A stretch of 58,970 bases of DNA, from assembly GCA_002256025.1 (NCBI GenBank), contig NKIB01013358.1, positions 1 through 58,970 of the forward strand. The letters run 5' to 3'. A model generated the notes under the pieces. That model was not told where the DNA came from. It made no database searches and was given only the letters and a program-made list of their open reading frames with translations. Shown here in pieces: positions 10,340-21,479 of the stretch. The position numbers and the translations under genes were made by a program. Positions within the stretch are counted from its first letter, which is position 1; every line of letters begins with the position of its first letter. This DNA comes from Asterionella formosa (Eukaryota).

Positions 10340-10804
10340 TTGAAGAATAGGAAAGAAGCGGCTGCAGAGGCTCCATTTTTAATATTGGTTGCTACAGTGA
10401 ATTGAGCTTAAGCAAGCACACATCCAATGAGTGTCAATATGAATGCCAACCATGGTTCAAAAATTCGCTAGCTTCCAGGTCTATAGTAATTCGTCATTAC
10501 CGATACTTTGTGAGTGGAGCATGGTCCGCCTTGGCCAATGAAGTGACGACTCATCTGCACTCATATAATAGTATCAGAAATGTAATTTTCAACCCATTTT
10601 AGGGGTTGCAAGAGTAACAATATGTTTTGTCGATGAAGTGATGCTTCTGGGGCATTGAAACCTGCCTCTCGCTCGATCAGAGATTGATTGAATACATAAT
10701 ACAACATTTATTTATTTCTACTTATCTCCTCCCTGTATACGGCACAAATTTCGGATCTAGTTACGAAATGTCCCATCACAGTACGCAGTCAAAATCACAA
10801 AACT

Positions 10805-11687
10805 TTAGAAATTCTCACTATTATGCACTTTTTGCAAAGCCTGCAACGAAATTTGGCTCTCACAAAGCTCGCCTACAGTGCTGCATGCAACAACAGTTCC
10901 GAGCGTTGTCAATTGCAAAAATTGTTCATCCTTGTTGCAGGCACTACTGCGTTTGGAGAGCTGTCGAACCTTGTCATGAGGCATGTTCGCCGACGGTTTA
11001 TCACGCACAACTTTCGGCAACTTGGACTTCTTGAGCTGTCGTCGTCGATTTGACTTTTTGCTCAATTTTGGCTTCAACTGGATGTGCTGTCCGCATTGGC
11101 TTTGACTCGCCATAAGCTTGCAGTCTTGAGGCTTTGATCGCAGACTATTTTGTCGAGTTGTCACTTGTTGCACCAGTCCAGATGGGGGTACTGGAGCCTC
11201 AGCCTTGACGATGAACGGTTCCGCTCGAGTTAATTGAGGGGCAAAGCCGCGAATGCGATCCTCGTTGCTCATACCGAAGCTAGAGATGAAGGAAAATTTC
11301 TCAGATTTCATTCGTTGTCCAGCTGTCACTCATCGCAGCAGTCCGGGTGGGGGTACTGGGCCTCAGCGTTGATGGTGAACGGCTCACATCGCGTTAGTTG
11401 GGGAGCAAACCAACGAGTGCAATTCTCGCTGCTCGTGTCAACGCTAGAATTCAAGGAACGGACTGATTTTTCCTCGCCTTGTGTACAATTTTTAGGAGGG
11501 GCTTCGTCATTTTTGAAGCTCGGAACGATAGTTGAAGCTCGGAACGATAGTTGAAGCTCGGAACGATACGGCCCAAGTAAATGATCGCCTGAGTGTTTTT
11601 TTTCTTCTCTGGGGATTGTAAGCGTTTTGCGTTGCCTTCACTTGCATTTGGTTTCGTTATCACTCCACCCGTTGACAAATGGTTCAT
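10805..11687 (-). other. possible degenerate/hypothetical gene with internal repeats
   Basis: Broken ORFs (11451-11687, 10805-11329). A ~70-bp segment is duplicated at ~11176-11245 and ~11341-11410 (QLTRAEPFIVKAEAP vs QLTRCEPFTINAEAQ). No recognisable family. Confidence 0.3.
11513..11568. repeat. 19-bp tandem repeat x3
   Basis: ttgaagctcggaacgatag repeated three times, the last missing its final base. Confidence 0.9.
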
Positions 11688-11826
11688 AGGTCGAAATACC
11701 GTAAAGTCTACCCAGTACAGATATGATATCGGGTACTCCTTAGTACATAGTACCGGTAATACGATCTGTGTCTTGATTTCATCATTGAATTCGATCTGCT
11801 GGAGTGACGTTTCACTTGAATCTACG

Positions 11827-12093
11827 TGTTGGAGAAAATATTTTAGGAAAGAAAATCCCGGTATAAATTACCTACTACATATTGAATCGAATGAATCAAG
11901 AAAGAATATGGTACCAGAGAATTCGAAAACAATCTACGTCAACAGTAAAAACCCATAATTCTATTAAAACTCTTAGGAACGATTACAATCGATTACGGAG
12001 ACATCGTTGTTCATATCTACAGCCTATTTGGTCCCTGACGTGTCCTTACAGGATACAAGAAAGCATAGAGTGCTTTGGGACGCAATTTCAACA
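11827..12093 (+). repeat. 5' LTR
   Basis: tgttggagaaaa...atttcaaca; differs from the 3' LTR at two positions by eye. Confidence 0.96.
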
Positions 12094-12227
12094 GTTTTAA
12101 TAGAATTAGCCAGCCAGGAAGAGCCGTGATATCACAATCAACAACAGGTTGGACCGTTGAGAGTCCGGAGACAAGATCTGAGGGTACCAGACCATCCAGA
12201 GTCTGAAGAAGTCACACAAGGCGCATC

Positions 12228-15200
12228 ATGAGTGGCAAAGGAAAGTTTACCGAGAAGGCTCAAGCCAAGGGAGGGAGCAATGTTGCTTCTCACTCAATCA
12301 AGAAGTCAGTCAATGACTATAACTACTATCTCGGATCATCAAAGCAGGCATCTGATTATGAGACTACTACTGAGTATCTCATCAATCATATCAAGAAAGT
12401 GTTCGACTATGGCAACGACATAGGAACCGCGCTCGAGTTATTAGAACCAATGAGCACATTGGCATGGAAGCCAAGAATGCAAGTGAGCATTGCAACAACA
12501 GAAGAAGATGGCGCTGCAGAGAATCGACAATATGAGATTGAGTTCAAGGCTGACTATGACACCTACAGTAAAAGGGTACAGGCCTACGAAAATAATAATA
12601 CCAAGGCATATGTGTTGCTCTGGGAAAGATGCAACAAAGCCATGAAGAACAAGATCGAAGCAAGATCCAATTACAATAGGATCAAAAATAACCCAATAAC
12701 ATTGCTTATGGCAATTAAAGAACACGCATTAAATTTTCAAGAGAATCGATATTCAATGTCGATCATTTTAGATGCAATGAGAACGCTTTTATTCACAAAG
12801 CAAAAGAAGGAGAAAGTCTACAAGACTACACCAAGAGATTTCGTGTGGCATGAAATGTGCTCAAGTCACACGTGGGAGGACCCATTATCCTCACCAAGTT
12901 CGTTGAAGCCATGGATGGATACAATGAGAACGACATCAAGCAACGAGATAAATTTCGCGAACAAGCTTTCAGTCAATTTATGGCATATTTATATCTCGAT
13001 AATGCCGATAAAGCCAAATACGGATCAATTATGACAGGGCTGAACACTCAACAATCACTCGGCAACAATCAATACCCGAAGAGCATCACTGAATCAAATA
13101 ATGTTCTCAGCAACCATCGGTTTGACATAATAAATAAATCCAACTACAAGAAACCAGGAGATAATGATAAAGAGAGGAAACAAAAGGATGCAGGCAAGGA
13201 AGATGAAGATGTGAACTTATCGTTTGCACAGTTAGAAGGAAAATGTTACTGCTGCGGAAAAGCAGGTCACAAATCTCCTTCGTGCCGAGACAAGAACAAA
13301 CCCAAAGAGGAATGGGCTATCAACAGGGCCCAAAGCCATGCACAGACACAGGCTTCTATATCAGACACAAGTACAGTTACGTCTGTTAATTCCAACAACC
13401 CGCCGTCATCACAAGCTTCACAACAAGCAAATGTCAATCAATTTTGATGGGGGGGGGAGCTCATTTGAAACTACAATTTTACCAAGCATCTGAGATGCGT
13501 GACTGGATACTATTGGATAATCAATCAAGTGATGAAATTCTTGGAGAAGAAGACTATGATGAAATGACTCCGGATGAAATATATGAAGCAGAACAGCTTG
13601 AATTAAACAACAATACTCAAGAGGATGACTCTGAACCTGACGAGGGAAACAATGAGAATAATATTGAAATGGATGCAGATGAAATCCAAGATGAGGATGA
13701 AAGCCAGCAATGAAACTGAAAATGAAGAGGCAATGTTAGAATTCAATCCAAGCACTCAGGATGACTCAGACCCAAATGTTGGAACTACAAGGTCTGGAAG
13801 AGTCTCAAGACCACCGTCAAAACTAACCATGGTCCAAAATCATTTGCATACCCAAGCACACTGTCGAGAAGAATACACGACTGATAATGCGAAAGTGATC
13901 GCAAAGACAATGTGTTATATGAATGAGATGTGTATCGATAAAGAAGCATTTCACTTTGTTCAGTCATACAGCTTAAGGAAAGGCCTCAAGAAATTTGGCC
14001 AGAAAGGAAGAGACGCTGCGTATAAAGAAATGAAACAACTACATGATAGAGTTGTATTTGAACCAATTAGGATTGAAGGCCCAACTGATGTCGAAAAGCG
14101 ACGTGCAATGGAAAGTCTAATTTTTTTGGTTTAAAAGAGAGACAAGAGCATTAAAGGCAGAGCATGTGCCTATGGCAGTTCGCAACGTGAATACATGGAA
14201 AGAGATGAAGCAGCTAGTCCAACTACGATGACGGAATCTGTTATGATAACAGCAACAATTGATGCGAAGATGTTATGACTGCAGATATAACCAATGCATT
14301 TGTGCAAGTGGATATCGATGAGAAAGAAAAAGGGGAGCGAATCATTATGAAGATTAGAGGTTTGCTTGTCAATATGCTGACATAACTCAGCCCCAAGAAC
14401 TTATGAAAAATATGTTGTTTATGAAGGGAACAACAAGGTCCTATATGTTAGGATGATCAAGGCATTATATGGCATGTTACAGTCATCATTATTATATTAC
14501 AAGAAATTTCGGAAGGATATTGAGTCAATTGGATTCAAGGTAAACCCATATGATCCATGTGTTGCAAATCACATTGTTAATGGCAAACAGCACACAGTTA
14601 CTTGGCACGTAGACAATTTGAAATCAAGTCACGTGGACAGCAAAGTGAATGATCAATTTTTGGAATGGCTCAAACAGAAATACGCTTCTGACGAAATTGG
14701 TTAAGTCAAGGTCATGCGTGGAAAGAAGCATGATTATTTGGCGATGACACTAGATTACTCTCTTCCAGGAGTGTTGAGGGTGGACATGACCAAATATGTG
14801 AAATCAATGATTGATGATTTTCCAGTGAAACTTGAACGTGTTGGAAAATTTCCATGGACAGATAAATTGTTCACAGTTGATACAAAATCAAAGAAGCTTG
14901 AATATGAAAAAGCAAAAATATTTCATACTTTTGTTATGAAAGGAACGTTCCTATGTAAGCGAGGAAGACAGGACATTCAATCAGGAATTGCATTTCTGGC
15001 AACCCGAACTACCAAACTGAATGAAGGCAATTGGGCAAAATTAGTCAAGATCATGAATTTCTTGAAAGCAACTCAGAACGAGGTTGCATCTATGAGTGCT
15101 GATGACACTCAGAGCATTAAATGGTACGTTGATGCGGCGTTTGCAGTACACAAAGATTTTAAAAGTCACACTGGAGCTACATTGTCACTTGGAAACGGAA

Positions 15201-15580
15201 TTATTTGTTCTATGTCTCCGAAACAGAAAGTGAACACTAGAAGTTCGACTGAAGCAGAATTGGTTGGTGTCGATGACATTATATCAAAGGTGTTGTGGAA
15301 AAAATTATTTATTGAAGCACAAGGACACAAGGTGACTACAAATGTCATTTACCGTGACAACACTAGCGCAATGAGGCTAGAAGCAAATGGAAAAGCAAGT
15401 TCAGGAAAACGCACGCGACATTTCAACATCAAGTATTTTTATATTACTGATCTTATTGAAAGAAAGGAAGTTCAAGTCAAGTACTGTCCAACGGATGCAA
15501 TGTTAGCAGACTACATGACGAAAGCACTGGTTGGAACGAAATTTATTCATTTTCGTCAGCAAATTATGAATTCAAAGTGA
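12228..15580 (+). pseudogene. copia gag-pol pseudogene (gag, zinc knuckle, protease start, RT, RNase H; integrase missing)
   Basis: CYCCGKAGHKSPSC knuckle; WILLDNQSS protease; KALYGMLQSSLLYY and TWHVDNLK (RT, with DD changed to DN); WYVDAAFAVH, YRDNTSA and MLADYMTK (RNase H). Several stops and frameshifts. Confidence 0.93.
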
Positions 15581-15602
15581 GCATCCGTGTCCAGCAGGAG
15601 TG

Positions 15603-15869
15603 TGTTGGAGAAAATATTTTAGGAAAGAAAATCTCGGTATAAATTACCTACTACATATTGAATCGAATGAATCAAGAAAGAATATGGTACCAGAGAATTC
15701 GAAAACAATCTACGTCAACAGTAAAAACCCATAATTCTATTAAAACTCTTAGGAACGATTACAATCGATTACGGAGACATCGTTGTTCATATCTACAGCC
15801 TATTTGGTCCCTGACGTGTCCTTACAGGATACAAGAAAGCATAGAGTGCTTCGGGACGCAATTTCAACA
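15603..15869 (+). repeat. 3' LTR
   Basis: Direct repeat of 11827-12093. Confidence 0.96.
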
Positions 15870-16262
15870 CTACCTGGGTATCTGAGGAAATCAATTTTAT
15901 AACCACCCTTGTAGCGCGCTTCTTCCATCCCTCCACTACTGTTGACAACAAAGTGTTGCCTGATGCGGCATTGTCCATTGATTTGCCTGACAACTACAAG
16001 GCCAGCTGATTACTTGTACAGCTGCAACAGAAGAACAATACCGGTAGTCTGATCTTCGATTGCGAGTTGACCAATTCGAACCAACTGCACCCAGCTACAG
16101 TGAATTACTACTGACAGTAGTTTTCACCAGCACTGTAACAATTTGTACATGGTTGCATGCTTGCATAACATGAGTTCCGGTATACAACAGCCACAGCTAA
16201 ATTTTTATTCAGATGGTGTCCTCTGTTGCTTATTTTTTTGGTGCCTGATGATGTCACGAAAC

Positions 16263-16306
16263 TTAGCCCTAACCCTAAACTTGAGCGGATTAGGGTTAGG
16301 GTTTAA
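16263..16306. repeat. inverted telomeric-type repeat hairpin (CCCTAA)2...(TTAGGG)2
   Basis: ttagccctaaccctaa-11 nt-ttagggttagggtttaa. Confidence 0.8.
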
Positions 16307-16381
16307 CAATAACTCCATGACCAGTTTTATTGCATCACTAAGCATGCTCTACAAAACCCGAAAAGTACATGGAAATAACAA

Positions 16382-17354
16382 GGTTCCTACATTTGGACCG
16401 CCCCCTGTCGGGTTAAAAAATTATATTGAGTCAGACTAATCAAACACTTACTTTTCACATCTAAAATAAATGTGGACAACGCTCAATGGACGGGGGAATG
16501 GCTTCGTGGCTAGCATACCCTCTGCAGTGGTAGGTTCGATTTCTGTATTCTCCACCTCTCTTTTTCATCGTGTAGTCCTTAGGGTTCCGGGGGGTGCGGC
16601 TGAAGAAAAGACAGGTCGCTGCCATTGTACCGCACAGATAAATAAAACCGGTATTAATTGCTTCCATTGAGAATGTGGGCACAAAATTCCAGTTACATGA
16701 TTCTTGGAGCAAAGATGATGCTTGATAATAGGTTTCTTGTACCGTATAGCCCTGTTGCACACATTACAGACCTTTGATTTTACTCAATAGTCTAGTATCT
16801 TTCTAGTGTAGGCCTAACCACTAATACAGAATGCATGTCCACTTACGGAGCTGTACTTATTCCCACTGGATTGCTGCTGCCAGCCCATACTGTAACTAAT
16901 GGTGATCTGCGGCATATTGAGTACTGCCAAGCGTTCTGTACCAGATAGACAGAGTGTTCCACCACTCGAAAACTTGTCCTTTGTCAGCCCAATTGCCTTG
17001 TTCATGCACATTGAGTGTTTGAAATATTTCTTCCTCCCAACAAAACTCTTCCATAGTAAGAGCTGCGGTTGTCACTGCCACCTCGCCAACCACGTCTTCT
17101 ACGGCAGTGAAATTACCTTGGGTGGACCAAAATCCAACTGCAAGAGGTAAGTTCACGGCGGAACAAACAATGTCTGCATTAACAGGTCCCATTCCAGCTT
17201 TGTGACAACCAAGAATAAACTGCTGGTTGATTGCAAAATGTTTCGCTTCTATTTTCTTATTTCAAAATTTGCTCAAAAGATTCTTAGTTCCAGGGAATTT
17301 TGGCAATCCTAAGCAATGTTTTAATTTTTGCCTAGGGGTTCAAATGCAGGAACC
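16382..17354 (-). mobile_element. internally deleted Kolobok-like DNA transposon
   Basis: TIRs GGTTCCTACATTTGGACC / GGTTCAAATGCAGGAACC, followed by TTAA on the right (left flank ACAA). Minus-strand remnant FAINQQFILGCHKAGMGPVNADIVCSAVNLP...ITISYSMGWQQQSSGNKYSSVSGHAFCISG resembles the Kolobok transposase N-terminus and first catalytic-Asp region. Confidence 0.75.
16492..16782 (+). mobile_element. tRNA(Ala-like)-derived SINE, family 1, copy 1 (nested in the Kolobok-like element)
   Basis: GGGGGAATGGCTTCGTGG (A box) ... GGTTCGATTTC (B box) ... ATTCTCCA. Core shared with 47275-47485 and 54843-55194; possible short TSD ctcaat. Confidence 0.75.
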
Positions 17355-17441
17355 TTAAGAGGCTTACGTTACCTGGTATATATACCGGTAAACATATACT
17401 ATATGAATGGCATTTTATTTGTGCTGTTATGATACCCTTAA

Positions 17442-18615
17442 GGTTGTGGCCCCAGCTTAACCCTATTTTGGAGAAAATATCGCTAGGGTTGTAAAAACGG
17501 CATGGAACAGGAGGTTTCCTATTATGAATTGCCATGATTCGAGTCTCTATTTGAATATTTGAATTAAATATGAATCGGCGCCAGATTGATAGAGTTCCAT
17601 TTTAAACAAACAAAAGTGATATTTAAACATTTATACTATATCATCATTGCTGAATGTAGACATGATTTTGCTCAATGCCAAAACCATATATAAATCAGGA
17701 GTATGCCAACATGTATGCTCATGGTTCGTGTTTATACGTTATATTGAATATACGCTGCTGAATGTAGTTTAAATATTACTTGATGCATCAAATCAGTACA
17801 GTACCAGGTACCGAAGTAACAGAGTACCGGTACCGGTGTTCCAGTAGTACATAATCTTGGTTCATGATGATGGAAGACAGGATGAAACTAGTACCGGTGT
17901 ACCGGTACTGATTTTACCTGCTAGTGTACAGTACACCTAATACGTGTGGTTCAAGTGTGACTGGCGTGATTTTACAAGACCGGCGGGATACTTCAGCCAA
18001 TCTGGAGCAGGTGAGTAAATTCAATTCAACCAATCAGAATATGTGTAGTGATGCGGCAACTTACCCTGGAGTCTTTTCGGACTGAGCATTAAGCAGCAAA
18101 ACATGTCTACGCAAGACTCTAAGTCTACAAGAACGTTTTGTACATATAAATTCTGATTCCAATATTTTGGCGACTGTTGAAGAAGCCGATCGGGTCGACT
18201 TTTTGGAGGAGGATTGCTCTACATCTGCAGGGTTTCATCAAGATTAAAGTAGATAGCTTTGTACCCTATAACATCAGTAGTTAACTTCTGGAGAGAAACT
18301 GCAGTTATGTTTCGTAGATTTTTAGAAAAGCTTTGAAGCCCCCTTTTTGGACTATTTTTGCAATAGTTATGAATCTACAATACATAACTGCAGTTTCTTT
18401 CCAGAAATGAGGTCCTTACCATATCCGAAGATAGAACATACCCCTAAGTCAACCTATGACTGTATCTAAGCATATGCAAAGTGGTCGTATTGGTGAAAGC
18501 TAATTTTACCTTTAACTTTTTTATGTACTTGTACATAATGTGTGGATTAAGGTTCATCATAAAATTATTTTTGGAAAAAACGGACCTCGCAATGTGTAAC
18601 TGCAGGGCCGCAACC
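17442..18615. mobile_element. non-autonomous Kolobok-like TIR element with TTAA TSD
   Basis: TTAA|GGTTGTGGCCC ... GGGCCGCAACC|TTAA. Contains a ~35-bp-arm inverted repeat at 18286-18406. Left end repeated at ~20619-20965. Confidence 0.75.
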
Positions 18616-19349
18616 TTAAATTCTGTATGTATCCAAATTCGAATTATTGGGCCACCCAAATTATTAATCTGGGTGATCGAATTCACATGCATTCTCCTCA
18701 ATCCTCACTCTTCTCCTTGCACACGAGGGACAAAGTATTAAACAAAATATAAATAAGTGCTGAACATTTCACGACGAAAGCATATGCCGCCAGACACCGA
18801 GAAATACAGTTAGTTACCAATTGTTTACTTCTACTAATGTGAGATTATTTAAGCTCCACTGGTCAATACAATCATTCCACATGTACATGTACATGTACAT
18901 ACATGAAATGTACGTAATATAATACGTACATTACATATCTCATATGCACAACGTACATCATCATTTGTGTGTTATGTGTATAGCTGATCCCTTTCTCTTT
19001 ACTAAAAAGGATGGAGCAGTACGGTAATTTGTACTAGACTAGTAGAAATCGACTGATAAGAATAGAAAAGAGGTAAATCTGAGTATGGGAGAATACCAAG
19101 CCTTTTACTACAGAAGCATGTTCGTGCACCTGCAGTTACCAGTAGTGAATGAGTGCTGAGCCATGTTGCTTTATGAGTGAGAGCATCCCAAGAACCTTCC
19201 CATGGTCTTAGAAAGTACGAAATTAATGAAGATTTAGAATAGATTAATTTCAACATCAAGTATTTGTGGTAGATTTATAAAGGTATATGAGAATCAGAAG
19301 TATGAATTAATCATTACTACCAAGTTGTATGGCTTTGATGAAAATAGGT

Positions 19350-19755
19350 GAGGTAACATCGTATTGAGAATGGTACTTGTTTCGTGAATGATATATTGTA
19401 TGATAGTAGCTATCTTATTGTATACTATCTGGCATTGCAATGAGTCATTCGATATCATGCATTGACTGAATATCGATGTAGTTGGAACAAGCGTTAGCTA
19501 CCAAATGGTGTGGTTTTGTTATAGAATGATATAGGGACCTTATCTGGAGGATGGTACTTGTTGCATGAATGATATATTTATAGTACCTTCTTATATGCTA
19601 GTATCTGCCAGTGAAATGAGTCGCTCAACATCATGTGTTGGTTGAATATTGATGTAGTCATACAAGAATCAGGAGTTGGAAATAAGCATCATGAAATGGT
19701 GTGCGTGGTTTTGTTATAGTAATGGTATGGTTACCTCATCTTGAATGATGGGAAT
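19350..19755. repeat. degenerate tandem duplication, ~180-200-bp units
   Basis: atggtacttgt...gaatgatatatt...atgagtc...tgaatat(c/t)gatgtagt...gtggttttgttatag recurs at ~19370 and ~19551. Confidence 0.8.
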
Positions 19756-20319
19756 GTAACTGGCAGTGCGATGATGGATGATGTGATGAAGATAGTGAAA
19801 AAGAACTGGCCAGAACGAGCAGTATGGTTTATGGTATTTAGCACTGGTATTGTGCAATTTGGAGAAAATGAGTGAGAAAAATCAGCGATCCTTGATATTA
19901 CACTAGTATGTACTCCTAGCATGCTCTATTAGGTATACCAGTACATAGACATAACGATGTAAGAACAACAATATCCCTGTATTCTGTGAATATGTACCGG
20001 CTATCATATATTTCGGCACATATGATAGTACTAGCTACCTGGTACCAGAGTGCGCTGCACCTGTACCTTGTGCCAGTACAGGTGCGGTACTACCTGGTAG
20101 TACTCCTACGGTACCTGGTACTAAAACGAAACAGATGCATGCTGCAGGATGGAGGGATGATGGTGTGACAGAAACATGCTTCCTATGTATTTATTGTTTC
20201 ATTTCACCATTTAAACCTTCAGCGTCATCACACATGTAAAAATTCTACCTATAAGTGGAGGTAAATCACACATGTAAAAATGCTACCTAAATGTGGCGAT
20301 AAACAATAAGAGAAGAGTA

Positions 20320-20460
20320 TACTAACAACAACAACAAAACACAAGACTGAGTTGCTTTCCAACAATAAGAACAAGAGGAATAACAGCAGCAACATCAGTG
20401 ACAGTGACAATGGCAATGGCAATGACAGCAACAATGACGATGACAACAACAACACAACAT
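20320..20460. repeat. CAA/CAG/GAC-rich microsatellite-like tract
   Basis: aacaacaacaac... and gcaatggcaatgacagcaacaatgacgatgacaacaacaac. Confidence 0.6.
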
Positions 20461-20544
20461 GGAACTCATATATACTATACATAGAAAGAGGATGCATAAC
20501 ACAGAAGAGGATGCATCAATATGAAATTTTTTTTATAAATGAAG

Positions 20545-20609
20545 GAAAATGAAATTTTGTCCCCCTAACCCTAACCGGGTTAGCGTTAGGGGGACGAAAT
20601 ATCGTTTTC
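20545..20609. repeat. ~30-bp-arm hairpin with telomeric-type core
   Basis: gaaaatgaaattttgtccccctaaccctaa-ccggg-ttagcgttagggggacgaaatatcgttttc. Confidence 0.8.
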
Positions 20610-20618
20610 ATGAATTAA

Positions 20619-20965
20619 GGTTGTGGCCTCGGCTTAATCCTAGTCTGAAGTAAAACTTCGCTAGGGTTGTATAATCGGCATGAAACAGGGAGTTTGTTGC
20701 TGTGAATTCCCATAATTCGATTATACGTTTAAATATTTGAATTGTATAGTAATCGGCATCAGATTGATAGAGTTTCATTTCAAAGTATCAAAAATGACAT
20801 TTACACCACGTTTATATTGTATCTTTGTTGGTGAATGTAGATAAAATATTACTCCAACCCCAAAACTTATCTAAATCAGTGGTAGTATGCCAGAATATAA
20901 AATCATGGGTCTTCTTCAAACAAAAGAAATGCTATTTATCATTTATTTTGAATCTTTGTTGCTGA
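20619..20965 (+). mobile_element. truncated second copy of the left end of the Kolobok-like element at 17442
   Basis: TTAA|GGTTGTGGCCT..., colinear with ~17442-17770 (gctagggttgt, cagattgatagagtt, tgaatgtaga). Confidence 0.75.
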
Positions 20966-21014
20966 AGGTTAATCACTTATAACGCGCTTTCTAAGACCTC
21001 GTGATAACACGTGG

Positions 21015-21350
21015 TTTTTTCATAGCACGGCCTGCCAACAAGACCTATGGCTGCTTCCCTAGTTTTGTTAGCATGATAGCTAGGTGAGTCCCCAACCATC
21101 TTTTGTGAAAGGTGATCATCTTAGCTGCGGCGTTAGAGTTCAACTGCCTAGGAGAAGGCGGCACAAGCTGCTTGTAGGGGGGGGGGAAACCCTTTTTTCC
21201 TTGCAAACCAGACAAGACCACCATGCACATGGGACGGTAGACAGTGCCATGGGTGTTGAACCCAACAATTGCTTCTCAAAAATATTGCGGAAATCGAACC
21301 ACATAACCTCAGATCAAATGCAACATGCCCAACCAACTAAGCCATTCCCC
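21015..21350 (-). mobile_element. tRNA-derived SINE-like repeat, family 2, copy A
   Basis: Minus strand GGGGAATGGCTTAGTTGG (A box) ... GGTTCGATTTCC (B box). Body shared with ~22838-23190. Confidence 0.7.
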
Positions 21351-21479
21351 TTGAATATATATTTAACTATTATTTATAACAGTTGAATTATTATATCGAT
21401 GCACTCTTGAATGCAATGCCAACTCTTGATCATGATTATATGCATGAGTTCCATTTTTTCATCATTGTCAGTCACTGAC

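Larger units (their letters stand above)
11827..15869 (+). mobile_element. Ty1/copia (CoDi-like) LTR retrotransposon, internally deleted and defective
   Basis: 267-bp LTRs (TG...CA) at both ends, flanks CTACG/CTACC (near-TSD), purine-rich CAGCAGGAGTG before the 3' LTR, and gag-pol remnants inside. Confidence 0.96.

Noticed and set aside
11513..11568. U6 snRNA fragment (GGAACGATA)
   Set aside because: Only ~10 nt match inside a 19-bp tandem repeat; no ACAGAGA box or remainder of U6.
16492..16555. Functional tRNA-Ala gene (also at 47277, 55194, 21350)
   Set aside because: Anticodon arm is shortened or degenerate and differs among copies; each continues into a shared non-tRNA body, so these are SINE heads.
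17442..18615. piggyBac assignment from the TTAA TSD
   Set aside because: Termini are GG...CC rather than CCY...RGG, and the neighbouring element with similar ends encodes a Kolobok-type remnant.
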